The notes under the pieces are model-generated. The model had not been told where the DNA came from. It did no database searches and was given only the letters and a program-made list of their open reading frames with translations. From contig JAVJVZ010000077.1 in the NCBI GenBank assembly GCA_040220855.1, positions 766 through 64,765 on the forward strand: 64,000 bases of DNA, read 5' to 3'. Source of the stretch: Gammaproteobacteria bacterium. GTDB lineage: Bacteria; Pseudomonadota; Gammaproteobacteria; Ga0077536. The position numbers were made by a program, and so were the translations under genes. Position 1 is the first letter of the stretch, and every line of letters begins with the position of its first letter. Of this stretch, positions 35,592 to 44,929 are shown piece by piece.

Positions 35592-37241
35592 ATGAAATGG
35601 TTCGGCAATCTCAAGGTGGGCACCAAGCTCATCCTCTTCGCCCTCGTGCTCGCCGCCATCGCGGCTGCCGTCGGCGGCGTCGGCATCCGCAACCTCGGCC
35701 AGCTCAACCACATGGCCGATGCGCTGTACGAGAAAGAGCTGCTCGGCGTCTCGCAAATCAAGGAGGCCAATGTGCGACTGATCTACGCCGGTCGCGCCAT
35801 TCGCAACCTGCTCCTGGCGAGTACCGCGGAGCAGCGCCAGCAGTTCGCCGACAGCATCCGTACCTACGTCGAGGAGGCAGAGGTCCTAGTCGCGGAAGCG
35901 CGCACGCGCTTCGTGACGGAGGATGCACAACAACGCTTCTCCCGCTTTGACGCGATCTTCCCCGAGTACCGCCGCGTGACCGACCTGATTCTTGCCGAGG
36001 CGAACGCCGAGGCCTTGCAGGCCGAGCGCACGACCGTGCGCATGGTGATGACCGACCTGCGCAAGACCGCCGACGAGATCGACCAGCTCATGACCGAACT
36101 TGCCGGCATCAAGGAGAAGAACGCCGAGCAGGCCTCGGTCGAGACCACCGCGCTGTACGAGGAGGGTGTCCTCTACATGGCGCTGCTGATCGCCGCCGCG
36201 ATCGTCATCGGCATGACGCTCGGTTTCGTCATCGCACGCGCCATCGCGCGACCGCTGACGCGCGCCGTGGAAGTCGCCAACGCGCTCGCCGACGGCGACC
36301 TCACGGTTTCCATCGAGTCCGAAACCACCGACGAGGTCGGTCGCCTGCTCGATGCCATGCGCAACATGGTCAACAAGCTGTCGCACACCATCGGCGAGGT
36401 CAACGGTGCCGCGGTGCAGATCGGCACCGCCTCCGAGCAGGTCAGCGCGACCTCGCAGTCGCTCAGCCAGGCCTCGTCCGAGCAGGCCGCGAGCGTCGAG
36501 GAGACCAGCGCATCGCTCGAACAGATGACCGCCTCGATCGCGCAGAACACCGAGAACGCGCGCGTCACCGACGGCATGGCCTCGAAGTCGGCCAAGGAAG
36601 CTGCCGACGGTGGCGAGGCGGTGATGGCGACCGTGCAGGCGATGAAGCAGATCGCGGAGAAGATCAGCATCATCGACGACATCGCCTACCAGACCAACCT
36701 GCTGGCGCTGAACGCGGCCATCGAGGCCGCGCGCGCCGGCGAACACGGCAAGGGCTTCGCGGTGGTCGCCGACGAGGTGCGCAAGCTCGCCGAGCGCAGC
36801 CAGGTCGCTGCGCAGGAGATCGGCACCGTCGCCGCGGGCAGCGTGCAGCGCGCCGAGGAGGCTGGCCAGCTGCTGCAGGAGATGCTGCCGTCAATCGCCA
36901 AGACCTCCGACCTCGTACAGGAGATCGCCGCGGCGTCGACCGAGCAGTCGAGCGGCGTCAACCAGATCAACTCCGCGGTCGGCCAGCTCAGCCAGATCAC
37001 GCAGCAAAATGCGTCGTCCTCCGAGGAGCTCGCCGCCACGGCCGAGGAGATGACCGCGCAGGCGCGCCAGCTGCAGGAACTGATGGGCTTCTTCCGCCTC
37101 GCCGCCCTGCAGGCCGGCATCGCCGCGACGCGCACGCCGGCCCGCGGCAACGCCAGGGCGGCAAAGCCGGCCGCCGCCACCGCCACCGCGCTCGACGACG
37201 CCGGCGACGACGTGCACAGCGGCGAGTTCACGAGGTTCTGA
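35592..37241 (+). CDS. Methyl-accepting chemotaxis protein (4-helix-bundle periplasmic sensor, TM, HAMP)
   Basis: [27 protein letters not shown]...[40 protein letters not shown]. The track shows a possible TTG start at 35586. Confidence 0.88.
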   Translation: MKWFGNLKVGTKLILFALVLAAIAAAVGGVGIRNLGQLNHMADALYEKELLGVSQIKEANVRLIYAGRAIRNLLLASTAEQRQQFADSIRTYVEEAEVLVAEARTRFVTEDAQQRFSRFDAIFPEYRRVTDLILAEANAEALQAERTTVRMVMTDLRKTADEIDQLMTELAGIKEKNAEQASVETTALYEEGVLYMALLIAAAIVIGMTLGFVIARAIARPLTRAVEVANALADGDLTVSIESETTDEVGRLLDAMRNMVNKLSHTIGEVNGAAVQIGTASEQVSATSQSLSQASSEQAASVEETSASLEQMTASIAQNTENARVTDGMASKSAKEAADGGEAVMATVQAMKQIAEKISIIDDIAYQTNLLALNAAIEAARAGEHGKGFAVVADEVRKLAERSQVAAQEIGTVAAGSVQRAEEAGQLLQEMLPSIAKTSDLVQEIAAASTEQSSGVNQINSAVGQLSQITQQNASSSEELAATAEEMTAQARQLQELMGFFRLAALQAGIAATRTPARGNARAAKPAAATATALDDAGDDVHSGEFTRF

Positions 37242-37244
37242 GCG

Positions 37245-37820
37245 ATGGCAGCGCTCGACAAGCAACCGGCGCCGCCCACGGGCGGCGCCACCCACGGCGC
37301 CGACGACGAGCATGACTACGCCGACGGCCGCTTCCTCACCTTCCTGCTCGGTGGCGAGACCTTCGCCCTCGACATCCTCGGTATCAAGGAAGTCATCCAG
37401 TACCTGCCCTGCACCACGGTACCGATGATGCCGGGCTTCATGCACGGGGTGATCAACCTGCGCGGGCGCGTGGTGCCGGTCATCGACCTGCGCGCGCGCT
37501 TCGGCCACGGCACCAGCACGATCGGCCACAAGACCTGCATCGTGGTACTCGAAGTGGGCGACGGCGACGGCCAGCAGGACATCGGCGTGATCGTCGATGC
37601 CGTGCAGCAGGTGCTGCAGATCCCGGGCAGCGAGATCGAGCCACCACCGAGCTTCGGCGCGCGCATCCGCACCGAGTTCATCCACGGCATGGGCAAGGTG
37701 CGTGACCGCTTCGTCATCATCCTCGATGCCGAGGAGGTGCTCTCGGTGGAGGAGATGGAATCGCTGGCTCGCCTCGGCCGCGACTCGCTCGAGGAGGGCA
37801 CGCGCGGCCATGTCGGCTGA
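37245..37820 (+). CDS. cheW: Chemotaxis coupling protein CheW
   Basis: ...RFLTFLLGGETFALDILGIKEVIQY...GVINLRGRVVPVIDLR.... 191 aa. Confidence 0.9.
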   Translation: MAALDKQPAPPTGGATHGADDEHDYADGRFLTFLLGGETFALDILGIKEVIQYLPCTTVPMMPGFMHGVINLRGRVVPVIDLRARFGHGTSTIGHKTCIVVLEVGDGDGQQDIGVIVDAVQQVLQIPGSEIEPPPSFGARIRTEFIHGMGKVRDRFVIILDAEEVLSVEEMESLARLGRDSLEEGTRGHVG

Positions 37821-38649
37821 AGCAGCGTCCGTCCCGGCGGCGGCACCACGCGTGCCGCCGCTCGCCGCGGCCGACTACGAGCGCTGCCGCGCGCTGATCT
37901 ACCGCCTGGCCGGGATCAATCTCGGCCCGCACAAGCAGGCGCTGGTGAGCGGGCGGCTCGGCAAGCGCCTCGCCGCACGCGGTCTGACCGACTGGACCGC
38001 CTACATGGGACTGCTGGAGAACGGCGAGGATGCCGACGAGCTGCGCGAGGCGCTCGACCTGCTCACCACCAACGAGACCTATTTCTTCCGCGAGCCGCGG
38101 CACTTCCAGATCCTGCGCGAGCAGGTGCTGCCGGGCATCGCCGAGCGCCCGGTGCGCATCTGGAGCGCGGCCTGCTCGAGCGGCGAAGAGGCCTACAGCC
38201 TCGCGATGACGCTCGATGACGCGCTCGGCCCGCGCCATTTCGAGGTGCACGCCTCCGACATCTCCAACCGCGTCCTCGCTCGTGCCATGCGTGGTCACTA
38301 CCCGGTTGCGCGACTCGAGCAGATGCCGCCCGCCTTCCTGCGCCGCTACTGCCTCAAGGGCGTCGGCGCGCAGAGCGGCACGCTGCTGGTGGAACCCGGC
38401 CTGCGCCGCCACGTGCAGTTCCGCGCCATCAATCTCGTCGAGCCCTTGCCGCCCTTGCCGCGCTTCCATGCGATCTTCCTGCGCAACGTGATGATCTACT
38501 TCGATGACGTCACCCGCCAGCGCGTGGTCCGCCAGCTGGTACCGACACTGGTACCCGGCGGCTGGCTGTTCGTCGGCCACTCGGAAAATCTGCGCGCGCT
38601 GGGCGACGTGCTGGAGAGCGTGGCGCCGGCGGTCTACCGCAGGCGTTGA
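37810..38649 (+). CDS. cheR: Chemotaxis protein methyltransferase CheR
   Basis: Start MSAEAASVPAAAP. ...TNETYFFREPRHFQIL...RIWSAACSSGEEAYSLAM...IFLRNVMIYFD. 280 aa. Confidence 0.9.
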   Translation: MSAEAASVPAAAPRVPPLAAADYERCRALIYRLAGINLGPHKQALVSGRLGKRLAARGLTDWTAYMGLLENGEDADELREALDLLTTNETYFFREPRHFQILREQVLPGIAERPVRIWSAACSSGEEAYSLAMTLDDALGPRHFEVHASDISNRVLARAMRGHYPVARLEQMPPAFLRRYCLKGVGAQSGTLLVEPGLRRHVQFRAINLVEPLPPLPRFHAIFLRNVMIYFDDVTRQRVVRQLVPTLVPGGWLFVGHSENLRALGDVLESVAPAVYRRR

Positions 38650-38658
38650 CGCGTACCC

Positions 38659-39180
38659 ATGAAAGACACCCCGGAATTCGTCCTCGAGATCTTCCTGCAG
38701 CCGGGCGAGCTGCATTTCGGTGAGGGTGACACGCGCATCCGCACCCTGCTCGGCTCCTGCGTGGCGATGGTGCTGTGGCATCCGCGGCGCAAGCTCGGCG
38801 GCATGTGCCACTACCTGCTGCCGACGCGCCAGGAGCACAAGCTGGCCGGCGCACTCGACGGCCGTTACGCCGACGAGGCGCTGTGGCTGTTCATGCACGA
38901 ACTCGAACGTACCCGCACCCACCCCGCCGACTACCAGGTGAAGCTGTTCGGCGGCGGTCACATGCTCGGCAAGGGCGAAGGCGACGACGCCAGCGTGCCC
39001 CGGCGCAACGTCGTCGCCGCGCGCGAGCTGATGCGCAAGCACGGCTTTCGCGTGACCGCGCAGGATCTCGGCGGCCGCGGCCATCGCAATGTCATCTTCG
39101 ACCTGTGGAACGGCGACGTGTGGGTGCGCCGCAACCTGCTCGGCAAAGCCGCGCTGTCCGCGGAGGCCTCCGCCGCATGA
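38659..39180 (+). CDS. cheD: Chemoreceptor glutamine deamidase CheD
   Basis: [42 protein letters not shown]...GMCHYLLP. 173 aa. Confidence 0.9.
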   Translation: MKDTPEFVLEIFLQPGELHFGEGDTRIRTLLGSCVAMVLWHPRRKLGGMCHYLLPTRQEHKLAGALDGRYADEALWLFMHELERTRTHPADYQVKLFGGGHMLGKGEGDDASVPRRNVVAARELMRKHGFRVTAQDLGGRGHRNVIFDLWNGDVWVRRNLLGKAALSAEASAA

Positions 39181-40244
39181 ACCGTATCAGGACCCTGGTG
39201 GTCGACGATTCCGCGGTGGTGCGCCAGGTCGCCACCGAGCTGCTCGGACGCGATCGCGGCATCGAGGTCATCGGCAGCGCCGCCGATCCGCTGTTCGCGC
39301 TGGAGCGCATGAAGCGTGACTGGCCGGACGTCATCGTGCTCGACATCGAGATGCCGCGCCTGGACGGACTGAGTTTCCTGCGTCGCATCATGGCCGAGCG
39401 CCCGACGCCGGTGGTGATCTGCTCCTCGCTCGCCGAGAAGGGGGCCGAGACGACCATGGAAGCGCTTGCCGCCGGGGCGGTCGGCGTCGTGACCAAGCCG
39501 CGCGTCGGCGTGAAGGCCTACCTCGAGGGCGCAGCGGGCGAACTCGTCCGCGCGGTCAAGGCGGCCGCGGCCGCGCGTGTCAGCCGTCTCGCCGGCGGTC
39601 CGGCGGTGGCGCCACCGCGCTTGAACGCCGATGCCGTGCTGCCCCCGGGTGGCGCCCGCGCACTCACCCGCACCACTGAACGCATCGTCGCTCTCGGTAC
39701 TTCGACGGGCGGCACCCAGGCGCTCGAGCTCGTGCTGCGCGCATTGCCGCGCGTGTCGCCCGGCATCGTCATCGTGCAGCACATGCCGGAGCACTTCACC
39801 GCCGCCTTTGCCGAGCGTCTCGATCGCCTGTGCGAGATGGAGGTGCGCGAGGCACGGCCGAACGACCGCGTCGCCGCCGGCCGCGCGTTGATTGCCCCTG
39901 GCGGCAAGCACATGACATTGCGCCGCAGCGGTGCGCAGTACCACGTCGATGTCGTCGATGGCCCGCTGGTCAATCGCCACCGGCCCTCGGTCGACGTGCT
40001 GTTCCGCTCGGTGGCAGCGCAGGCCGGGCGCAACGCGCTCGGCATCATCATGACCGGCATGGGCGACGACGGTGCCGCCGGCCTGCTCGAGATTCGCGAG
40101 GCGGGTGGGCGCACCTGCGCGCAGGACGAGGCGAGTTCGGTGGTCTACGGCATGCCGCGCGAGGCGGTGTTGCGCGGTGCGGTCGAACGTTCGTTACCGC
40201 TCGATGCGGTCGCGCGCGAAATCCTGCGCTTCGGCGCAACCTGA
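39177..40244 (+). CDS. cheB: Chemotaxis methylesterase CheB (REC + esterase)
   Basis: [18 protein letters not shown]...[12 protein letters not shown]...[14 protein letters not shown].... It overlaps the cheD stop in an ATGA arrangement. 355 aa. Confidence 0.92.
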   Translation: MNRIRTLVVDDSAVVRQVATELLGRDRGIEVIGSAADPLFALERMKRDWPDVIVLDIEMPRLDGLSFLRRIMAERPTPVVICSSLAEKGAETTMEALAAGAVGVVTKPRVGVKAYLEGAAGELVRAVKAAAAARVSRLAGGPAVAPPRLNADAVLPPGGARALTRTTERIVALGTSTGGTQALELVLRALPRVSPGIVIVQHMPEHFTAAFAERLDRLCEMEVREARPNDRVAAGRALIAPGGKHMTLRRSGAQYHVDVVDGPLVNRHRPSVDVLFRSVAAQAGRNALGIIMTGMGDDGAAGLLEIREAGGRTCAQDEASSVVYGMPREAVLRGAVERSLPLDAVAREILRFGAT

Positions 40245-40344
40245 ACGGACCACCGGCAGCAGCTCGAACACGAATCGCGCGACGCACCACCGCGGGCGCG
40301 GTGCAGAATACCTGCGCGCCCTGTTGCGACGCGCACCGCCGTGG

Positions 40345-40374
40345 CCGGTCCCGCCCCGGGAAGGACGGGACCGG
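40345..40374. terminator. GC-rich hairpin CCGGTCCCG-loop12-CGGGACCGG between convergent cheB and small-protein genes (candidate bidirectional terminator; no U-tract)
   Basis: Read directly from the sequence. Confidence 0.4.
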
Positions 40375-40381
40375 TCAGTGC

Positions 40382-40612
40382 TCAGACACGACCACCCGTG
40401 TACCACGGCTCGATGACGACCTCGGCGGCGGGCTCGCCGCGCGCGTCGCGACCGCTGGCGAGGTCGGCGCGGTAGAAGGACCGAACCGTCACGGCCGCCT
40501 GTTCGGCGTCGGCGCGCTCGGCGACACGGGCGCTGTTCCAGGGCGCGAAGCCCTCAGCGTTGACGCTGCCGCTGGCAGCGGCGAGCAGGGCTATGGCGAT
40601 GAATCTATTCAT
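40382..40612 (-). CDS. Small secreted protein, paralog 2 (signal peptide + ~55-aa mature domain), unknown family
   Basis: An RBS AGGAG precedes the ATG at 40612. MNRFIAIALLAAASGSVNA|EGFAPWNSARVAERADAEQAAVTVRSFYRADLASGRDARGEPAAEVVIEPWYTGGRV. 76 aa. Confidence 0.6.
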   Translation of the reverse strand: MNRFIAIALLAAASGSVNAEGFAPWNSARVAERADAEQAAVTVRSFYRADLASGRDARGEPAAEVVIEPWYTGGRV

Positions 40613-40668
40613 GTGTTTTCTCCTCTCTGTGCGGTGATGGCTGCCGTGTGCGCCAGCGCGCGACCGCC

Positions 40669-40899
40669 TCAGACGCGGTCGCCCGCGTACCATGGCTTGA
40701 CGATGACCTGAGCGGCCGGCTCGCCGCTGGCGTCACGCCCACTGGCGACGTCGCTGCGGTAGTAGGGCCTGACCACCACGGTGGCCTGCTCGGCGTCGAC
40801 GCGATCCTCGATGCGCGGCCCATTCCAGGGCGCGAAGCTGTCAGCCTGGGCCGTACCGGCGGCAGCGGCGATGATGGCGATGGCGGTAATCTTCTTCAT
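40669..40899 (-). CDS. Small secreted protein, paralog 1, unknown family
   Basis: RBS AAGGAGA precedes the start. MKKITAIAIIAAAAGTAQA|DSFAPWNGPRIEDRVDAEQATVVVRPYYRSDVASGRDASGEPAAQVIVKPWYAGDRV. It is 76 aa and about 65% identical to paralog 2. Confidence 0.6.
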   Translation of the reverse strand: MKKITAIAIIAAAAGTAQADSFAPWNGPRIEDRVDAEQATVVVRPYYRSDVASGRDASGEPAAQVIVKPWYAGDRV

Positions 40900-40973
40900 G
40901 GGTCGTCTCCTTGTGCGTTGTGCTGGTTGGACCGGACATGTCGTCCGCGTTCAGAAAGAGGTTACGGCCCGGC

Positions 40974-41029
40974 AATCGATATTTAAAATCGAATGTTTTT
41001 AGTAATTCGATAGAGAATAACGATTCGAT
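40974..41029. promoter_or_regulatory. AT-rich region with four ATCGA(A/T)T / ATTCGAT repeat units (direct and inverted) upstream of small secreted protein paralog 1
   Basis: The sequence reads aATCGATatttaaAATCGAATgtttttagtaATTCGATagagaataacgATTCGATg. It is unusually AT-rich for this genome. Confidence 0.45.
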
Positions 41030-41176
41030 GCGCCGGGCCCGTCTCATTCCGCTCATTGCCTCTCCCTCTCTCGCGCACGCCTGATCAGGGTCAGCCCGCC
41101 CAGCGCGGAGTCGTGCAGGCTGGCAGCATGACGCGCCGATCCGCCATGATGGAGTGCCCCGCGTCCGCTACCGTCC

Positions 41177-41650
41177 ATGCTCGAACTGCTCGTGCTCGTC
41201 ATCGTCGCCAACAGTGCCCCGGTGCTCGCCCGCCACCTGTGCGGCGCCCGCTTCGCCGTGCCGGTCGACGGCGGCCGCATGCATCGCGACGGGCGTCCGC
41301 TGCTCGGCTCGTCGAAGACCTGGCGCGGGCTCGCCGCCGGCCTGCTGGCCACCCCCCTCGTCGCACTGCTGCTCGGTATCGAGGCGGTGCTCGGCCTCGC
41401 CACCGGCGCACTTGCGCTCGGCGGCGATCTCGCCGCGAGCTTCGCCAAGCGCCGGCGCGGCTATGTCGCCAGTGCACGCGCGCCGCTGCTCGATACCCTG
41501 CCCGAAGCACTGCTGCCGGCGGCGGTGCTGCGCGAGGCCTATGCCATCGACTGGCTCGAAGTGGGCGTGGTGACGGCCGCTTTTCATGTCATCGTGCGGG
41601 CCAGCTCACCGCTGCTGTTCCGTCTCGGCCTGCGCCGTCGTCCATGGTGA
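41177..41650 (+). CDS. Short CdsA/CarS-like CTP-transferase membrane protein (DUF46 / CDP-archaeol-synthase-like)
   Basis: 157 aa and 4-5 TM. ...PLLGSSKTWRGLAAGLLATPL... resembles the phosphatidate cytidylyltransferase signature (S/G-K-T-W-E/R-G). Confidence 0.55.
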   Translation: MLELLVLVIVANSAPVLARHLCGARFAVPVDGGRMHRDGRPLLGSSKTWRGLAAGLLATPLVALLLGIEAVLGLATGALALGGDLAASFAKRRRGYVASARAPLLDTLPEALLPAAVLREAYAIDWLEVGVVTAAFHVIVRASSPLLFRLGLRRRPW

Positions 41651-41768
41651 GCTGTGCCCGGTGGTTCGCACTGCCCCGGGACCGCACCGTGCCACGGCAC
41701 CGTCGCGCGCGCGGTAGATGCCGCATGCCGAACACCGCTCACCATCCCGCGCCACCGCGGAGCACACC

Positions 41769-42608
41769 ATGAACGACACCTGGGCACGCGATTCCGTTGC
41801 TGCCGACGCGCGCAGCGCCAAGCGACGCGACGCGAAGCTTCTGGCCGGCGAGGCCGCCGCCGAGTTCAGCGTGCTTACCTACAACATGCACAAGGGCTTC
41901 AGCGGCGACGGCCGGCGCGTGTTCGTGCTCGACGACATGCGCGCCGCGCTCGAGACCGCCGGCGCCGACATCGTCTTCCTGCAGGAGGCCCAGGGCGAGC
42001 ACCACCAGCACGCCCGGCGCATCGAGACCTGGCCCGAGGCCGCACAGTTCGAGTTCCTCGCCGATACCCTGTGGCCGCACCACGCCTACGGCAAGAACGC
42101 GGTCTATGACCATGGCCATCACGGCAACGCCATTCTCAGCAAGTACCCGCTCGAGGCATGGGAGAACATCGCCGTATCGCCCTACCCCTTCGCCGCCAGT
42201 CGCAGCCTGCTGCACGGTCGCATCACGCTGCCCGGCAGCGGTCGCCGGTTGCACCTCGTGTGCATTCACTTCGGCTTTCTCGGCTTCGAGCGGCGCCCGC
42301 AGATCCGACGTCTGTGCGCGCACATCGAAGAACACGTCCCGCACGGCGAACCGCTGATCGTGGCCGGCGATTTCAACGACTGGTCGGGCCGCGCCGAACG
42401 GCACTTCAACGAAACGCTCGAGCTCGCCGAGGTCTACCGCGCGCGCCACGGCCAGTACGCGCGCACCTACCCGGCATGGGCGCCGCTCCTGCCGATGGAC
42501 CGCATCTACTCCCGCGGCCTCGCCTGCGCCGGCGCCGAGCGTCTCTCGGGACCGCCGTGGAGCGCGCTGTCGGACCACACCCCGCTGCACGCACGCTTCC
42601 GCCTATGA
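41769..42608 (+). CDS. Endonuclease/exonuclease/phosphatase (EEP) family protein
   Basis: ...FSVLTYNMHKGF...DIVFLQEA...GNAILSKYPL...LIVAGDFNDW...SDHTPL.... These are the EEP catalytic motifs in canonical order. Confidence 0.8.
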   Translation: MNDTWARDSVAADARSAKRRDAKLLAGEAAAEFSVLTYNMHKGFSGDGRRVFVLDDMRAALETAGADIVFLQEAQGEHHQHARRIETWPEAAQFEFLADTLWPHHAYGKNAVYDHGHHGNAILSKYPLEAWENIAVSPYPFAASRSLLHGRITLPGSGRRLHLVCIHFGFLGFERRPQIRRLCAHIEEHVPHGEPLIVAGDFNDWSGRAERHFNETLELAEVYRARHGQYARTYPAWAPLLPMDRIYSRGLACAGAERLSGPPWSALSDHTPLHARFRL

Positions 42609-43204
42609 GCACGCGTGCGACGAGCGAACGCCGCGTCACGCTGGCCAATGCGCTGACCGCCTTCCGTCTCGTGATCGCGGCCCCGTTGATGCTGGTCTGC
42701 GCCGCGGAAGGCTGGCGCGACGCCTTTCCGTGGATCCTCGCGGTTTCGTTCGCCACCGATGCCGTCGACGGCACCGTGGCGCGGCTCACCGGCCAGGCCA
42801 CGCGCTTCGGCGCCATGCTCGATTCGTGGGCCGATGTCGTCGCCTATTGCGCGATTGCGATCGGCGTCGCCACGCTGTGGCCGCAGCTGGTGCGGGCCGA
42901 GTGGCTCGCGTTCGCCGTGATCGTTGCGAGTTTCCTCGTGCCGAGCCTGGTCGGCCTGGCGCGCTTCGGCCGCTTCACGAGTTACCACACGTTGCTGGTC
43001 AAGCTCGCCGTGGCTGCGGTCGCGCCGGCGCTGCTGGTGGTGCTGTGGAGCGGCGTCACCTGGCCGCTGCAGGTCGCCGCGGCGATCGCCGCGATTGCCG
43101 CACTCGAAGAGATTGCGATCACCTGCGTGCTCGAGCGACCGCGCTCGAACGTACGCAGCCTGCGCGCGGTGCTGCACGCGCAGCGCGCAGCGCGGTCATC
43201 GTGA
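42605..43204 (+). CDS. CDP-alcohol phosphatidyltransferase family protein
   Basis: Its start overlaps the EEP stop in an ATGA arrangement. ...DAVDGTVARLTGQATRFGAMLDSWADVVAY matches the D-G-x2-A-R-x8-G-x3-D-x3-D signature. About 199 aa and multi-TM. Confidence 0.8.
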   Translation: MSTRATSERRVTLANALTAFRLVIAAPLMLVCAAEGWRDAFPWILAVSFATDAVDGTVARLTGQATRFGAMLDSWADVVAYCAIAIGVATLWPQLVRAEWLAFAVIVASFLVPSLVGLARFGRFTSYHTLLVKLAVAAVAPALLVVLWSGVTWPLQVAAAIAAIAALEEIAITCVLERPRSNVRSLRAVLHAQRAARSS

Positions 43205-43241
43205 CCGGCATCGCTGCTGCCGGCATGCCGGCAGCAGCTGC

Positions 43242-43526
43242 TCAGGATTTCATCGCCGCGCGAATCCGTGCATAACCCGCCGCGAGCTCTTCGCCGAGGA
43301 TGCCGAGCGCACTGCCGACATCCCGCGCGGCGTCACCGGCGGCTTCGCCGACACGCGCGGCGCGCGCCTCGTAATCGGCCAGGCGTGGCTCCAACCGCTC
43401 CCATTCGGCACGTGCCTCGGCGCCAGCGAGATGGAGCTGCACGCGCAGCTCGTCGCGTTCGGTGCGCAGACGGGCCGCGAGCGCCGCGGCCTCCGCACGC
43501 AGTGCTTCACGGGTCTTGTCGGTCAT
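43242..43526 (-). CDS. Hypothetical small coiled-coil protein
   Basis: Internal start MTDKTREALRAEAAALAARLRTERDELRVQLHLAGAEARAEWERLEPRLADYEARA.... 94 aa. No recognised family. Confidence 0.35.
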   Translation of the reverse strand: MTDKTREALRAEAAALAARLRTERDELRVQLHLAGAEARAEWERLEPRLADYEARAARVGEAAGDAARDVGSALGILGEELAAGYARIRAAMKS

Positions 43527-43744
43527 GGCGTGTCCCTCCCAGGTCGCGCACCCAGGCGCACCTTCCTTCGACGGTTCACGGTACTCGACTCGCGGTCCGC
43601 CGGGTGGCGCCGCCTGCGCATTGTCGCCACCTTGCCCGCGCGCGACCCTGATCGGCGTCATTCGTCGCGCGCCTGACCGTGGGCAAGCCGCGCTGCTTGC
43701 GGCGCGTTAAGGTAATCGTATAGCGCACTCGCCCGGAGGCCGCC

Positions 43745-44929
43745 ATGTCGCATGCCGAGCTACGCATCGCCCGCAACGTCCAGGGCATGGAGATTTCCGT
43801 CATCAAGGAGATGGCGATGCGCGCCGCCGCGGTGCCCGGCGCGGTCTCGCTGGCCTGGGGCGTGCCGTCGTTCGCGACGCCCACGGCAACCCGCGCGGCG
43901 GTCAGCGCCGCGTTCGACGCCGATCCCGAGATCGGACGCTACACGCTGCCGGACGGCCTGCCGGCACTGCGCGAGGCGATCGCGTCGGCGCACCTGCGCG
44001 AAACCGGTGTCGCCGTCGACGCCGCCGAGCACGTGCTCGTCACCGCCGGCACCCTGCAGGGCATGAGCCTGCTCTTCCCGGCCCGGCTCGACGCCGGCGA
44101 CGAGGTCATCGTGACCGACCCGGGTTTCGCTTCGCACGTGCAGCAGGCCCACCTGTGCGGCGCGACGGTACGCTTCTGGGCGCTCGACGAGACCCGTGGC
44201 TGGCAGCTCGACCTCGCCGCACTGCCTGCACTTCTCACCCCGCGCACCCGCGCCATCGTGCTGGTCTCACCGTCCAACCCGACCGGGCGCGTATTCCCGC
44301 GCGAGGAGCTGCTCGCCGTCGCGGCACTCGCGCGCGAGCAGGGCTTCATCGTCATCGTCGACGATCCCTACTCGCGCTTCGTCTACGACGACGCACCCTT
44401 CTTCAACCTCGCCAGCGCCGCCGAATTCCGCGACCATCTGGCCTACTGCTTCACTTTCTCGAAAGCCTACGCGATGAGCGGCTGGCGACTCGGCTACCTG
44501 GTGGTGCCGGGAGCACTCAAACGACAGTTGCTCAAGGTTCACGATGCGAACCTCATCTGCGCGCCGCACGTCAGCCAGGTCGCCGGCCTCGCCGCACTTG
44601 CCATGGATCCACCGCCGTGGCCGGCCTTCCGTGACACCCTCGCACGCCGCCGCACCCACGTGCTCGAGCGCCTCGCACGCCTGCCGCACGTGTTCGACTA
44701 CCAGGTGCCACAGGGCGCCTACTACGTGTTCCCGCGTCTCAACGTACCGCATCGTGACGCACGCGCGTTCGCGCTCGACCTGCTCGAGCGCGCGCGCGTC
44801 AGCGTCACGCCTGGCAGCGGCTTCGGACCGCACGGCGAACACCACGTGCGCCTCGCTTACTGCGTCGATGAAGACACCATCGACTGCGCTTTCGATCGCA
44901 TCGAGGCGCGCTACGGACACGACGCCTGA
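43745..44929 (+). CDS. Class I/II PLP-dependent aminotransferase
   Basis: RBS GGAGG precedes the start. ...SPSNPTGRV...VIVDDPY...FSKAYAMSGWRLGY... includes the PLP-lysine motif region. 394 aa. Confidence 0.8.
   Translation: MSHAELRIARNVQGMEISVIKEMAMRAAAVPGAVSLAWGVPSFATPTATRAAVSAAFDADPEIGRYTLPDGLPALREAIASAHLRETGVAVDAAEHVLVTAGTLQGMSLLFPARLDAGDEVIVTDPGFASHVQQAHLCGATVRFWALDETRGWQLDLAALPALLTPRTRAIVLVSPSNPTGRVFPREELLAVAALAREQGFIVIVDDPYSRFVYDDAPFFNLASAAEFRDHLAYCFTFSKAYAMSGWRLGYLVVPGALKRQLLKVHDANLICAPHVSQVAGLAALAMDPPPWPAFRDTLARRRTHVLERLARLPHVFDYQVPQGAYYVFPRLNVPHRDARAFALDLLERARVSVTPGSGFGPHGEHHVRLAYCVDEDTIDCAFDRIEARYGHDA

Noticed and set aside
35886-36746. 286-aa minus-strand ORF
   Set aside because: It is antisense to the MCP signalling domain, which gives a perfect [15 protein letters not shown] signature on the plus strand.
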